Shown here: in pieces, positions 9,199 to 19,368 of the stretch
Layout: every line of letters begins with the position of its first letter
Position numbering within the stretch: the first letter of the stretch is position 1
Assembly: GCA_001464955.1 (NCBI GenBank)
Contig: LNEM01000030.1
Location: 1,070,558-1,134,557 of the forward strand
Reading direction: 5' to 3'
Length of the DNA: 64,000 bases
Source of the DNA: Rhizobiales bacterium Ga0077537
GTDB lineage: Bacteria > Pseudomonadota > Alphaproteobacteria > Rhizobiales > Hyphomicrobiaceae
Notes under the pieces: model-generated
Told to the model about the DNA's origin: nothing
The model's input: the letters and a program-made list of their open reading frames with translations, nothing else
The model's database searches: none
Translations under genes and position numbers: made by a program

Positions 9199-10155
9199 GT
9201 GCTGCCCTCGGCTGAAGGATTGAGCTGCGTGGAAGCTGCGATTGAAATCTCCGGCCTCTCGAAGGTCTACGCGTCCGGACACAAGGCCCTCGACGGCATC
9301 GACCTCGAGATCCGTCGTGGCGAGATCTTCGCCCTGCTCGGCCCCAATGGCGCGGGCAAGACTACGTTGATCGGCATCGTGTGCGGCCTGATCCGGAAAT
9401 CCGCGGGAACCGTGAAGGTCTTCGGCCACGACAACGTCACCAGCGCGCTGCAGGCGAGGAAGCTGGTCGGCCTCGTACCGCAGGAACTGGCCACGGACGC
9501 CTTCGAGACGGTCTTCGACACCGTGAGCTTTTCTCGCGGGCTGTTCGGCAAGCCACCCGCACCGGCGTTCGTCGAAAAGGTCCTTTCGGACCTGTCGCTG
9601 GCCGACAAGCGGAAGAGCAAGATCATGACGCTCTCCGGCGGCATGAAGCGCCGCGTGATGATCGCCAAGGCGCTGTCGCACGAGCCGACCGTGCTGTTTC
9701 TCGACGAGCCGACGGCAGGTGTCGACGTCGAGCTTCGGCGCGACATGTGGAACGTCGTCCGCCGCCTCAAGGCCGAAGGCGTGACGATCATTCTCACGAC
9801 CCACTATATCGACGAAGCAGAGGAGATGGCCGACCGCGTCGGGATCATCGACAAGGGCAAGCTCGTCCTCGTCGAAGAGAAGCGCGACCTCATGCAGAAG
9901 CTCGGCAAGAAGCGTCTGACCCTGGAGCTGGCCGCGCCTCTGGCGGCTCTGCCGGACGAGTTGGCCCGTTTCGATCTGCAACTCTCGGCGGACGGCTCCG
10001 AACTCGTCTACAGCTACGACACCCGCGGCGAGCGGACCGGAATCACGGCGCTGCTGTCGTCGCTGGCGGCGGCCGGCGTCCGCTTCCGGGATCTGAGAAC
10101 CGCCGAAAGTTCACTCGAGGAGATCTTCGTCTCCCTGACCGGGCGCCAGCAATGA
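9199..10155 (+). CDS. ABC transporter ATP-binding protein (ABC-2 type exporter)
   Basis: Walker [10 protein letters not shown], signature LSGGMKRR, Walker [16 protein letters not shown] start. The stop overlaps the permease start (ATGA). Confidence 0.9.
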   Translation: MLPSAEGLSCVEAAIEISGLSKVYASGHKALDGIDLEIRRGEIFALLGPNGAGKTTLIGIVCGLIRKSAGTVKVFGHDNVTSALQARKLVGLVPQELATDAFETVFDTVSFSRGLFGKPPAPAFVEKVLSDLSLADKRKSKIMTLSGGMKRRVMIAKALSHEPTVLFLDEPTAGVDVELRRDMWNVVRRLKAEGVTIILTTHYIDEAEEMADRVGIIDKGKLVLVEEKRDLMQKLGKKRLTLELAAPLAALPDELARFDLQLSADGSELVYSYDTRGERTGITALLSSLAAAGVRFRDLRTAESSLEEIFVSLTGRQQ

Positions 10156-10913
10156 ACACCCATGCCATCCGCGCGATCTACGCCTTCGAAATGGCCCGCA
10201 CGCGCCGCACGCTGCTCCAGAGCGTCGTGTCGCCCGTCCTCGCGACCAGTCTCTACTTCGTCGTCTTCGGTGCCGCCATCGGCAGTCGCATCGCCGAGAT
10301 CGACGGGGTCAGCTACGGCGCCTTCATCGTGCCGGGTCTGGTGATGCTCACGTTACTGACGCAGAGCGTCCAGAATGCCTCGTTCGGCATCTATTTCCCC
10401 CGCTTCATCGGCACCATCTACGAGTTGCTGTCGGCGCCGGTCACAGCGACCGAGATCGTGATCGGCTATGTCGGCGCGGCCGCCACCAAGTCGGTCGTTC
10501 TGGCGCTCCTGATCATGGTCACGGCCGCCTTTTTCGTGCCGCTGCAGATCGCCCATCCCTTCGCCATGCTGGGTTTTCTCGTTCTGACCGCGATCACGTT
10601 CAGCCTGCTTGGCTTCGTCATCGGTGTCTGGGCCGACAACTTCGAGAAGCTCCAGCTCGTGCCCCTGCTCGTCATTACGCCGCTGACGTTCCTCGGCGGC
10701 ACGTTCTACTCGATCGACGTCCTCCCGCCGGTGTGGCGCGCGATCAGCCTCGCCAACCCGGTCGTCTATCTCGTCAACGGCTTCCGCTGGAGCTTCTACG
10801 GCAAGGCGGACGTGAGCGTATGGCTATGCCTCGCCATCACCTTCGGCTTCATGCTGGCGTGCCTCGCGGTCATCTGGTGGATCTTCCGGACCGGCTATCG
10901 GCTGAAAAGCTGA
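10152..10913 (+). CDS. ABC-2 type transporter permease
   Basis: In-frame ATG 10152 within ORF 9381..10913 ([24 protein letters not shown]). About six TM segments. Coupled to the ATPase gene. Confidence 0.85.
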   Translation: MNTHAIRAIYAFEMARTRRTLLQSVVSPVLATSLYFVVFGAAIGSRIAEIDGVSYGAFIVPGLVMLTLLTQSVQNASFGIYFPRFIGTIYELLSAPVTATEIVIGYVGAAATKSVVLALLIMVTAAFFVPLQIAHPFAMLGFLVLTAITFSLLGFVIGVWADNFEKLQLVPLLVITPLTFLGGTFYSIDVLPPVWRAISLANPVVYLVNGFRWSFYGKADVSVWLCLAITFGFMLACLAVIWWIFRTGYRLKS

Positions 10914-11013
10914 CGCCTCGGGATCGACCACTGGTGCGGTCATCCGATTTGTGCTGCCATGCGCCGTCGCCGGCTTTCTGGCGGAAAAAATCACCATTGC
11001 GGGACGGGCTCTC

Positions 11014-12636
11014 ATGGCCACAGGCATCACGTTCGATGAAGAGTACGATGTTGTCGTCGCAGGCGGCGGCTCGGCAGGATGCGTCGTCGCCAGTCGTGTG
11101 ACGGAAGACCCCTCGATCTCGCTGTGCCTGCTCGAGGCCGGCGGACGCGACCGCAATCCCTGGATTCACATTCCGCTCGGTTTTGGGCGCATCGTGCCCA
11201 ATCCGCGCTACAACTGGGGCTATGCGACCGAGCCGGAGCCGGGCTTGAACGGCCGCTCCATCGTCTGGCCGCGCGGCAAGGTGCTCGGCGGCTCGGGCTC
11301 GATCAACGGCCTCGTCTTCCTGCGCGGGGCGCCGACGGACTTCGACGAGTGGGAACGCCTCGGCGCCACCGGCTGGAGCTATCGCGACGTGCTGCCCTAC
11401 TTCAAGCGATCCGAGAACAACGAGGACGGTGCGGACGAGTGGCGCGGCCAGGGCGGCCCGATGCACATCTCGAGCATCAGGAATCCGTCGAAGCCGGCCC
11501 GTGCCTTCGTCGAGGCGGCCACGCGTCTGCAGATCCCGCGCAACGACGACTTCAACGGCGAACGCATCGAAGGCGTCGGTTTCTGTCAGTTGAACGTCAG
11601 GAATGGCCGCCGCATTTCGACGGCTGTCGGCTACCTGAAGCCGAACCTGTCGCGCCCCAACCTCCACCTGAAGACGGGAGCCCGCGCCACCCGCATCCTG
11701 CTCGACGGCAAGCGCGCCGTCGGCGTCGAGATCGAGGTGGACGGCCAGCGCAAACGCATCGGCGCCCGTCGCGAGCTGATCCTGTCCGGCGGTTCCATCA
11801 ACTCGCCGGTCCTGCTGATGGCCTCGGGCATCGGCCCGGGTGCGGAATTGGCCGCCATGGGCGTCGACGTGCAGCACGATCTGTCGGGCGTCGGCAAGGA
11901 ACTGCAGGACCATCTGCTCGTGCGCATGGTCTTCAAGACCAAGGCCAAGGGAACCCTCAACGAGGTCTATCGCAATCCCCTCCAGGCGCTGGGAATGGTC
12001 ATTGAGTACGCGACGAAGCGCTCCGGCCAGCTTGCGGTCGGAGCCACGGAAGCGACCATGTTCGTCAAGTCGCGCCCGTCCGAGCCGATCCCGGACATCC
12101 AGTTCCAATGCGCGAACTTCTCGACCGAGGGCGCCTTCAAGGTCGGCCTCCACCCGTTCCCCGGCTTCATGTTCAACTTCTGCGTCTGCCGTCCTCACAG
12201 CCGCGGCGAGATCAAGCTGCGCGACCGCGACGGCCGTCTGCCGCCGCGCATCCACGCCAACTACATGACGCACGACGAGGACTGGCGGATGATGGTCGAC
12301 GGCTGGCGCATCGCCAGACAGATCGTCGAAACGGAGCCTTTCAAGTCGCTGGTCAGCGAACAGCACCTCCCGGGTCCCGAAGTGCGCACGGACGACGACT
12401 TCAAGGAGTACGTCCGCAACAACGCATCGACCGTCTACCACCCGTGCGGGACCTGCCGCATGGGCACTGACGACCGTGCTGTCACGACGCCGGATCTGAA
12501 GGTTCGCGGCATCGACGGGCTACGGGTCGTCGACGCATCCGTGATGCCGATGGTGCCGTCCTCGAACATCCACCCGGCGACCATCATGGTGGCCGAGAAG
12601 GCTTCTGATCTGATCAAGCGCGATCTCAAGCGCTGA
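11014..12636 (+). CDS. GMC family oxidoreductase (choline dehydrogenase-like)
   Basis: DVVVAGGGSAGCVVASRVTED FAD fold, GGSGSINGLVF, and C-terminal STVYHPCGTCRMG / VVDASVMP GMC signatures. Trimmed to ATG 11014. Confidence 0.85.
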   Translation: MATGITFDEEYDVVVAGGGSAGCVVASRVTEDPSISLCLLEAGGRDRNPWIHIPLGFGRIVPNPRYNWGYATEPEPGLNGRSIVWPRGKVLGGSGSINGLVFLRGAPTDFDEWERLGATGWSYRDVLPYFKRSENNEDGADEWRGQGGPMHISSIRNPSKPARAFVEAATRLQIPRNDDFNGERIEGVGFCQLNVRNGRRISTAVGYLKPNLSRPNLHLKTGARATRILLDGKRAVGVEIEVDGQRKRIGARRELILSGGSINSPVLLMASGIGPGAELAAMGVDVQHDLSGVGKELQDHLLVRMVFKTKAKGTLNEVYRNPLQALGMVIEYATKRSGQLAVGATEATMFVKSRPSEPIPDIQFQCANFSTEGAFKVGLHPFPGFMFNFCVCRPHSRGEIKLRDRDGRLPPRIHANYMTHDEDWRMMVDGWRIARQIVETEPFKSLVSEQHLPGPEVRTDDDFKEYVRNNASTVYHPCGTCRMGTDDRAVTTPDLKVRGIDGLRVVDASVMPMVPSSNIHPATIMVAEKASDLIKRDLKR

Positions 12637-12666
12637 ACTGAACTCGAACCGGAACGGACGATCGCG

Positions 12667-13551
12667 ATGCAACTGGGAAAACTGGGCGTGTGGGCCTCAC
12701 TCGATGCCTTGACCGCGGACGAGGCGGCAGCATTTGCCCGCCGCCTCGAAGGGCGCGGCTTCAACACGCTCTGGCTCAACGAGAGCCGCGGCCGCAACGT
12801 TCTGGTCAATGCCGCGTGGATGCTGGCGAGCACGAAGACGCTGAATATCGCCACCGGCATCGCCAACATCTACGGTCGCGATCCCATGGCGGCGTCCGCA
12901 GCCATGCACGGGCTGAACGAGCAGTCCGGCGGTCGCTTCCTGCTGGGGCTCGGCGTCTCCCACAAGCCACTGGTTTCAGCCCTCCGGGGGCATGACTACG
13001 GCAAGCCCGTCGCGACGATGCGTGCCTATCTGGACGCCATGGCGTCGGCGCCCTACATGGCGCCGATGCCGAAGGAAAAGCCCAAGATCGTTCTCGCGGC
13101 GCTCGGACCCGTCATGTTGAAACTCGCAGCCGAGAAGGCCGACGGAGCGCACCCCTATTGCGTCACACCGGAGCACACCGCCGAAGCCCGCTCGATCCTG
13201 GGGCAAGGCAAGATCCTGGCGCCCGAGCAGATGGTCATGCTGGAGACCGATCCGGCAAAGGCCCGCGCTGGCGCGCGTGTGGCGCTCGCGCCCTACATCG
13301 CCATGGAGAACTACTGCGCCAACTGGCGCCGCCTCGGCTTCACCGACGCGGACATGGCGGGCGGCGGCTCGGATCGCCTGATCGACGCCAACATCGCCTG
13401 GGGCGACGAGGCGGCCATCCGTCGTCGCCTGCAGGCGCATTGGGACGCCGGCGCCGACCACGTCTGCATCCAGTCCATTCACCCCACGGGCGACCGAGCC
13501 CTTCTTGACGAGCGCATCTTCGATCTGCTCGCGCCCGCGCGAACGTCCTGA
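12667..13551 (+). CDS. LLM-class (luciferase-like) oxidoreductase, probably F420/flavin dependent
   Basis: 294-aa protein with the overall pattern of luciferase-like monooxygenase family members (MQLGKLGVWASLDAL...GFNTLWLNESRGRN). Cofactor not determinable by eye. Confidence 0.6.
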   Translation: MQLGKLGVWASLDALTADEAAAFARRLEGRGFNTLWLNESRGRNVLVNAAWMLASTKTLNIATGIANIYGRDPMAASAAMHGLNEQSGGRFLLGLGVSHKPLVSALRGHDYGKPVATMRAYLDAMASAPYMAPMPKEKPKIVLAALGPVMLKLAAEKADGAHPYCVTPEHTAEARSILGQGKILAPEQMVMLETDPAKARAGARVALAPYIAMENYCANWRRLGFTDADMAGGGSDRLIDANIAWGDEAAIRRRLQAHWDAGADHVCIQSIHPTGDRALLDERIFDLLAPARTS

Positions 13552-13569
13552 CGCTGCGACTGCGGCGCG

Positions 13570-14892
13570 TCAGTCGTATTGGCTCGCGGGCCAGTCGAGG
13601 CCGTAGTGATCGCGCAGCGTCGCGCCGTCGTAGTCGTCGCGAAAGAGGCCGCGCTTCCTGAGGATCGGCATCACCTCCGCGACGAACACGTCGAGCATCC
13701 AGGGCAGCACCGGCGGCATCACGTTGAAGCCGTCGGCGGCCCCGTCCTCGAGCCAATCCTGCATCAGGTCCGCCACCTGCTCCGGCGTGCCCGCGAAGAT
13801 GAAATGGCCACGCGCGCCTGCGAGATAGGCGAGCAGCTGTCGAAGCGTCGGTCGGTCGCGCCGGACGAGGCCGACGATGACTTCGGTCCGGCTGCGCGCC
13901 GCTTCGACCGAAGCAGGCGGCGGGAAATCCTCGGGACTGAGCGGGCGGTCGAGCGGCAAGTGCGAGAAATCATGGCCTCCGAACCGACCCGAGAGGCGCT
14001 TGCGCCCGACTTCCGGATCGGTGAGGTCGTCGAGTTCCCGCTGCAGCCGCTTCGCCTCGGCCTCCGTCGATCCGATCATCGGGCTGAGACCCGGCAGGAT
14101 GTGCACCTGCTCCGGCTTCCGCCCTGCTTCGACGACGCGCGCCTTGATGTCGGCATGGAACGCCTGCGCCGTCGCCTTCTCCATGTGTGCCGTGAAGATC
14201 GCATCGGCATGCCGCGCCGCGAACCCGCGCCCCGTGTCCGACGATCCCGCCTGGACGAGCACGGGGCGGCCTTGTGGCCCGCGCGGCAGGTTCATCGGCC
14301 CGGCGACGGCGTAGTGCGGACCCTTGTGCGCGATCGGCCGGATGCGGTCGGCGTGGGCGTAGTGACCGCTCTCGCGATCATCGACGATCGCGTCGCTGGC
14401 CCAGCTGTCCCACAGCGCCTTGACGACGGCCATGTACTCTTCGGCGCGCTCGTACCGGTCGGCGTGCGTCACCTGAGGCGCATCGCCGTAGTTCCGGGCC
14501 GCCGCGGCAGCCCACGTCGTGACGATGTTCCAGGCCACGCGCCCACCCGAGATGTGATCGAGCGAGGCGTACTGGCGCGCCAGATTGAACGGCTCGGTAT
14601 AGGTCGTCGATGCCGTCGCGATGAGGCCGATCTTCTCGGTCCTGGCCGCGATCGCCCCGAGCGCCGTGATGGGCTCGAGCCACGTCCGCCCCGCCTGATC
14701 GACGTCGTCGGCGAGGGCAAGCTGGTCGGCGAGAAAGATCGAGCAGAACTTTGCCGCTTCGGCCTTCTGCGCCAGCTCGACGTAATAGCGGATATCGGTA
14801 AGCGAGCGCTGCGACGCCGCTGGATGGCGCCACGACGCCTCGTGATGGCCGCGGCTCTGGATGAACAGGTTGAGGTGCAGGTGCCGTTGCAT
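13570..14892 (-). CDS. LLM-class flavin-dependent monooxygenase (NtaA/SnaA/DszA family)
   Basis: MQRHLHLNLFIQSRGHHEASWRHP N-terminus is typical of the NtaA/DszA group. About 440 aa. Trimmed to ATG 14892. Confidence 0.75.
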   Translation of the reverse strand: MQRHLHLNLFIQSRGHHEASWRHPAASQRSLTDIRYYVELAQKAEAAKFCSIFLADQLALADDVDQAGRTWLEPITALGAIAARTEKIGLIATASTTYTEPFNLARQYASLDHISGGRVAWNIVTTWAAAAARNYGDAPQVTHADRYERAEEYMAVVKALWDSWASDAIVDDRESGHYAHADRIRPIAHKGPHYAVAGPMNLPRGPQGRPVLVQAGSSDTGRGFAARHADAIFTAHMEKATAQAFHADIKARVVEAGRKPEQVHILPGLSPMIGSTEAEAKRLQRELDDLTDPEVGRKRLSGRFGGHDFSHLPLDRPLSPEDFPPPASVEAARSRTEVIVGLVRRDRPTLRQLLAYLAGARGHFIFAGTPEQVADLMQDWLEDGAADGFNVMPPVLPWMLDVFVAEVMPILRKRGLFRDDYDGATLRDHYGLDWPASQYD

Positions 14893-14970
14893 GGGGACAC
14901 TCGATTGCGGCGGATGTCGAATGTCCAAGCGTAGGCAGATTTGACGTCCGTCGCAAAGCGCGGTGTCGCG

Positions 14971-15468
14971 TCAGGGCGTCGGTTCGTCCTTGGGAGTGGC
15001 AGCCGGAGTATCGGCCGTCGCCGCGCCATGCACGCGCGCCAGCGCCTCCGCGATCCGCACGCTGTCGAGGTCGTCCTTGTGAATGACGTCGATCGCGCCC
15101 GCCTTGATCAGCACGCCGCGCCTCTGCCGGTCGACGGCGCCGCTGACCACGACGATCGGCCCGCTGTAGCCACAACGCCTGAGGAACGGGATCGTCTGCG
15201 TCGCGTTGTCATTGGGCTTCAGATAGTCGTCGAGAAAGATCAGCTCCGGATGCCGCTCGATGACCGCGTCGAGCGCGCTGCCGAGCGTCTTCGCCCGCCG
15301 GACCTGGATCGCGTAGCCGAACATGATATGCAGCGTCGCGCGGAGCCGGTCCGCGTCGAAATTCTCGTCCTCGACGATGAGAACGTCGGAAAGCGGCGGC
15401 AGTCCCATCCGCGTTTTCGTGACGTCTGCTTTTTTGGCGAGAAAGTTGCCGCCGGTTGAGTTGGACAT
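14971..15468 (-). CDS. response regulator, receiver domain only
   Basis: DVLIVEDENFD, ELIFLDDYL (acceptor Asp), VVVSG and IHKDD fit the CheY-like fold. No output domain. A roughly 20-aa N-terminal extension exists, so an alternative start at 15408 is possible. Confidence 0.8.
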   Translation of the reverse strand: MSNSTGGNFLAKKADVTKTRMGLPPLSDVLIVEDENFDADRLRATLHIMFGYAIQVRRAKTLGSALDAVIERHPELIFLDDYLKPNDNATQTIPFLRRCGYSGPIVVVSGAVDRQRRGVLIKAGAIDVIHKDDLDSVRIAEALARVHGAATADTPAATPKDEPTP

Positions 15469-15507
15469 GCTCGTTCTTTCTTGTTTCGGGTGTGCCTCGG
15501 CTGCGGA

Positions 15508-16674
15508 TCAGGTCTTGAGGGATTTCGGCCAGACGACATGGAACGTCGTGCCGCGACGCTTCGCGGGGTCCGAGATCACCTCGATCCGTCCGCCGAAGCG
15601 CTCGACGGTCTTTCGGACGAGGGCCAGTCCGATGCCGGCGCCGTCCGGCTCCTGCTCGCTGTCGGCGATCTGGCGAAACGGCAGGAAGATGGCCTCTTGC
15701 CACGCGGGGTCGATCCCGGGCCCGTCGTCGCTCACGCTGATGACGAGGTTCTCGCCGTCCACCCTGCAGTCGAGCGTGATCGTACCGGTCGTGAGGTCGT
15801 GGTGCTTGCTCGCATTGTCGGCGAGATTGCGCAACACGATGTCGAGCGGCTCGGCGAGCGTCTCGATCGTCGGCCAGTCGCCGGTGACGGCGACGCGGTG
15901 CTCCGAGCCGTGCGCCGCTGTCCGCGCGATCTCGCGGGCGAGGTCATGGGTATCGATCACTTCGAGACCATCCGTCTTCCGGCCGGCGCGGGCATAGTCG
16001 AGAAGCCCGCTCAGCATGGCATTCATGCGCCGCCCTTGATGCAGGCTTTTCTGCAGGGCTTCGCGCGCGACGTCGATCTGCCCCGCCTCCAGCGCTGCGA
16101 GCGCATCCGCCGAGCCGAACCGCAATGCCCTGAGTGGCGCTCTGAGGTCGTGAGAGATTACCGACGCGAACTCCTGCAGATCGGCGTTCGCTGCGGCGAG
16201 TTCGAGATTGGCGCGTTTGACGAGGCGCGATTGTGCGGCGACCTCGGCTTCCGCAATGGCACGCGCCCGGACTTCGGCGGCGAGCCTGTACTCCAGGTCG
16301 ACCCGCGAGATGGCCCGTGCGACCAGCAGGTAGTAGGAGTCCTCGCGCGGGCTCCAGAAGATCGCGAAATTGAGCCGTTCCTGAAGGCTGTCCGTGTTCT
16401 GCAGCAGCACGTTCGGAATGACGACCGATCGCTCGGGCTCCGAGACGAGGCGCTTGATATCGGCCTCGAAGCCGAGGAACACGGGAAGCGCGCTCTCGAG
16501 CCGAAGTCCGACCGGCATGGTTTCGATGAAATGCCCGAACGTTTGTCGGATCACGAGGTCGTGGTCGAGCCAGGCGACGCCGAACGTCCGCCGCTCGGCG
16601 AGAAAGCGCGCCATCGCCTCGAGCTGCGGCGCGTCGGGCCCGCGGATGTCAATGCTCGCGGCGGACGATGTCAT
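15508..16674 (-). CDS. soluble sensor histidine kinase (HisKA + HATPase_c) with an uncharacterised N-terminal sensor domain
   Basis: H-box FASVISHDLRAPLRAL, N-box LRNLADNASKH, G1 DDGPGID, G2 GAGIGLALV. No TM segments. The start overlaps the GTPase gene by 26 nt (alternative ATG at 16614). Confidence 0.85.
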   Translation of the reverse strand: MTSSAASIDIRGPDAPQLEAMARFLAERRTFGVAWLDHDLVIRQTFGHFIETMPVGLRLESALPVFLGFEADIKRLVSEPERSVVIPNVLLQNTDSLQERLNFAIFWSPREDSYYLLVARAISRVDLEYRLAAEVRARAIAEAEVAAQSRLVKRANLELAAANADLQEFASVISHDLRAPLRALRFGSADALAALEAGQIDVAREALQKSLHQGRRMNAMLSGLLDYARAGRKTDGLEVIDTHDLAREIARTAAHGSEHRVAVTGDWPTIETLAEPLDIVLRNLADNASKHHDLTTGTITLDCRVDGENLVISVSDDGPGIDPAWQEAIFLPFRQIADSEQEPDGAGIGLALVRKTVERFGGRIEVISDPAKRRGTTFHVVWPKSLKT

Positions 16675-17161
16675 CGGAGATCCGCTTGAAGGCAGGCACC
16701 ACGTTGAGGGCCGTCAGAGCACTCGTCCAGATGAGAGGTTGTCGGGCATCGCGGAGTGGCTCGGGCAGGATCGACGCGTCCGGCGCCCCCAGAAGATCGG
16801 TCTTGTTGACGATGAATGCGAACGACCGGCTCGGCATCGCGTTCTGGAAACTGTCGGCGAGCTTGACCATGTGCAGGAGCGTCGACTGTCGCATCGCGTC
16901 TCCGATGATCATGGCCGCCGAGGCGCCACGCGAATAGATGTGCTGGAAGATGCTCTCGCCGTAATTCCCGTCGAGATCCCAGATGACGAGTTCGACCGTC
17001 ATGGGACCATCCGGACTGTCGGCCTCGATGCGGTAGGTATAGAGATCGACGCCCATCGTCGCGATGTAGTCGGCTTTCATCTCGTCGTGCACCAGGCGGC
17101 GCACCAGCGACGTCTTGCCAACTCCGATCTCGCCGAGCAGCAGCAGCTTCTTCGTGATCAT
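16649..17161 (-). CDS. Ras-superfamily small GTPase (Rab/Rup-like)
   Basis: G1 GEIGVGKTS, switch I YIATMGVDLY, G3 WDLDG, G4 NKTD, G5 TSAL. 170 aa. The ATG overlaps the stop of the upstream OmpA-family gene (ATGA at 17158-17161). Confidence 0.8.
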   Translation of the reverse strand: MITKKLLLLGEIGVGKTSLVRRLVHDEMKADYIATMGVDLYTYRIEADSPDGPMTVELVIWDLDGNYGESIFQHIYSRGASAAMIIGDAMRQSTLLHMVKLADSFQNAMPSRSFAFIVNKTDLLGAPDASILPEPLRDARQPLIWTSALTALNVVPAFKRISDDIVRREH

Positions 17162-19290
17162 GGCGATCGCCGCCTCTCGCCCTCGAAGGCGAGCTCGAAT
17201 TCGACCCGCCGGTTGGCGCTTCCCGGCCCGGTGCCGGGGGCGAGGTTGACGCCATTGGCGCGCCCGACGGGAATGAGCAACTCGCGGTTGACGCCGAGCG
17301 CCTCGATCGCGTTTGCGACCTTGTCGGCGCGGCCCTGCGCAAGCGGCGTGTTTCGGGCCGTCGTGCCGGCTTCATCGGTGTACCCGACGATACGGATCGA
17401 AGCGTTCGCGGCCTTGAGCAGGTCGGCGAGCTTGCCGATCGTGGCCGCTGCATCGTCCGGATCGCGAAAATCGGTTTCCGCATCGAAGAACACGGCGTGC
17501 CCTTTGACGAAGTCGGCGAGCGCCTCGCGTGCCGTCGGCGGACGCGGCCGATGTCCGGCGAGTTCGCGCTCGAGTTCTGCGATGCGCGCGGCGAGGCGAT
17601 CGTTGAGCTGCCCGAGCCGCTCTGCGAGGCGCTCGTCGACACGCTCGATCTTCTCCGCCAGCGGCGTGACGGTTTGCCGGAGCTGCAAAGTCGAGAGAAG
17701 TCCGGCCAGTCTGTCGATGAGGCTGGCCATGTCGTTGGCGAGGTCGGTTGCGGATTGCGGCGTGCGCGCCTCGGGTGCGATCGCCACGCCGGACAGGCGC
17801 TCGATGGCTTCGACCGCCGCCGTCATCCGCGCCGCGGTCGTCCTGAGCCCCGGCGGAACGTCGTGGGTCACGCCGCCAGTGCCGAGGGCTTCGAGTTCTC
17901 CCTTCACTGCGGGAGCCGCGACCGCGATCTCGTCGAGAGCAGCCTGGAGCCTTACATCGGAAGCCTTGGCTCGCGCCCCGGCGACGTCGCTCGTGATATT
18001 GGTGAGACGGCTGTTCGCAGCCAGGACGGCCCGTCGGAACGTCTCCGCCGTGACGCGACCTTCGACGTCGGTGCTGGGCAGAATGCCGATGGCATCGGTG
18101 AGCACGGCACTGGGCGCGACCGCCTTCAGGTCACCGACGACGCGCCGACGGATGTCGGTGTCGGGGACGAGGCCGGTGACCCAGATCCTCTGGCCGCCGC
18201 GCTCGACATGGGCCTTGACCGGAAAGCCTTTCAACGAAGGGATTGCGGCGATCGCCGCATCGGCGCGCGTCTGGAGGTCGTTCGTCACGAAGCTCACATA
18301 AGCCGTCCAGGCGCCGAACGCGACGATCGGCAGCCCGATGAGCCACAGCAGCGCCCGCATCGTGCGACGCGCGCTCGCGTTCGACAGTTCCTGCGTCCGT
18401 TCTTGCGCAACGTCCTCGATGCGCTTCGCCAGGCCCGCCAGCAGAGCCTCGCGAGCCGCCGTTCTGACAGCCCCTTCGGGCTTGGTCTGCTCGATGCCGT
18501 GGTCGTCGCCGAGCGCGCTGTTGATCTCCTGATCGAGCACCGTGTCGATGCCCGAGAGCGCGCTGCCGGCGCACTTTACGGCGAGGAGTTTTTCCGGCGT
18601 TCCGCGCAGGTAGATGCGGTGAGCGTCGAGGTCGAGTGTTCGCAACCCGGTCTTGTTCGCCGCGAAGGCTTCCTCGGCGAAGTCGGTGATGGCTGAGATG
18701 AAGCCGCTGACCAGCGTATTTCTGTTCGATCCGTCCGGCTGCGCGGGATCCTCCTCCCGCTGCCAATGATGCAGGAGGGCGCCTGAGCCGCGCCTGACGA
18801 GATAGATGTCGTCGACCTTGAGCTGCTGGGTCTCCGCGAGCGCGAGCTCGGCCATGCTGCGCCCGCTGGTCAGGCTTCGCATCCAGAGCGAGAAGCGGTT
18901 GCGCGTCAATCCGGCCTCGAGACGCCGGTTGATTTGCAGCATCAGATCCCGGATCGCGCTCGACACATACCGTGACACCATCTCGCCGATGCGCGGATAG
19001 AGTGAGCCCGCGATCTGATCCTGCATGTGCTGCGACTTGATTTCCGTGCGGAGTGTCCGCAGCACCATCGGCGCCATGGCATCGGCGAGGTCCTTGTGCC
19101 GTGTCGCCTCGGCATCCTTCAGCGCGCGATCGATCACCCGGGCCGTAGCCGCCTGGAAGTTCTCGTCGCTGCCGGCACGCTTCTGCAACTCGCCGATGCG
19201 GCCCGCCAGCGTATCGAGTTCGCGCGCTTCCCGATCGAACAGAAGCTCTTTCAGGCGCGCAACCGTCTGCTGCGGTTGAGGATCGGTCAT
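17158..19290 (-). CDS. OmpA-family transmembrane protein (cytoplasmic coiled-coil + roadblock/longin-like segment, 1 TM, BON-like domain, coiled coil, C-terminal OmpA peptidoglycan-binding domain)
   Basis: Trimmed to ATG 19290 (GGAGAG upstream). TM LLWLIGLPIVAFGAWTAYVSFV (aa 314-335). C-terminus IRIVGYTDEAGTTARNTPLAQGRADKVANAI...NRRVEFEL is an OmpA_C-like motif. aa 345-405 (LKGFPVKAHVERGGQRIWVTGLVPD) is BON-like. Confidence 0.8.
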   Translation of the reverse strand: MTDPQPQQTVARLKELLFDREARELDTLAGRIGELQKRAGSDENFQAATARVIDRALKDAEATRHKDLADAMAPMVLRTLRTEIKSQHMQDQIAGSLYPRIGEMVSRYVSSAIRDLMLQINRRLEAGLTRNRFSLWMRSLTSGRSMAELALAETQQLKVDDIYLVRRGSGALLHHWQREEDPAQPDGSNRNTLVSGFISAITDFAEEAFAANKTGLRTLDLDAHRIYLRGTPEKLLAVKCAGSALSGIDTVLDQEINSALGDDHGIEQTKPEGAVRTAAREALLAGLAKRIEDVAQERTQELSNASARRTMRALLWLIGLPIVAFGAWTAYVSFVTNDLQTRADAAIAAIPSLKGFPVKAHVERGGQRIWVTGLVPDTDIRRRVVGDLKAVAPSAVLTDAIGILPSTDVEGRVTAETFRRAVLAANSRLTNITSDVAGARAKASDVRLQAALDEIAVAAPAVKGELEALGTGGVTHDVPPGLRTTAARMTAAVEAIERLSGVAIAPEARTPQSATDLANDMASLIDRLAGLLSTLQLRQTVTPLAEKIERVDERLAERLGQLNDRLAARIAELERELAGHRPRPPTAREALADFVKGHAVFFDAETDFRDPDDAAATIGKLADLLKAANASIRIVGYTDEAGTTARNTPLAQGRADKVANAIEALGVNRELLIPVGRANGVNLAPGTGPGSANRRVEFELAFEGERRRSP

Positions 19291-19368
19291 TGGCTCTCCG
19301 GCTCCTGGCGGCACCCACCGAGCCTTTTTGCGCCACTGGGAACGTGGCGTCGGCACGTCATGGGGCGG

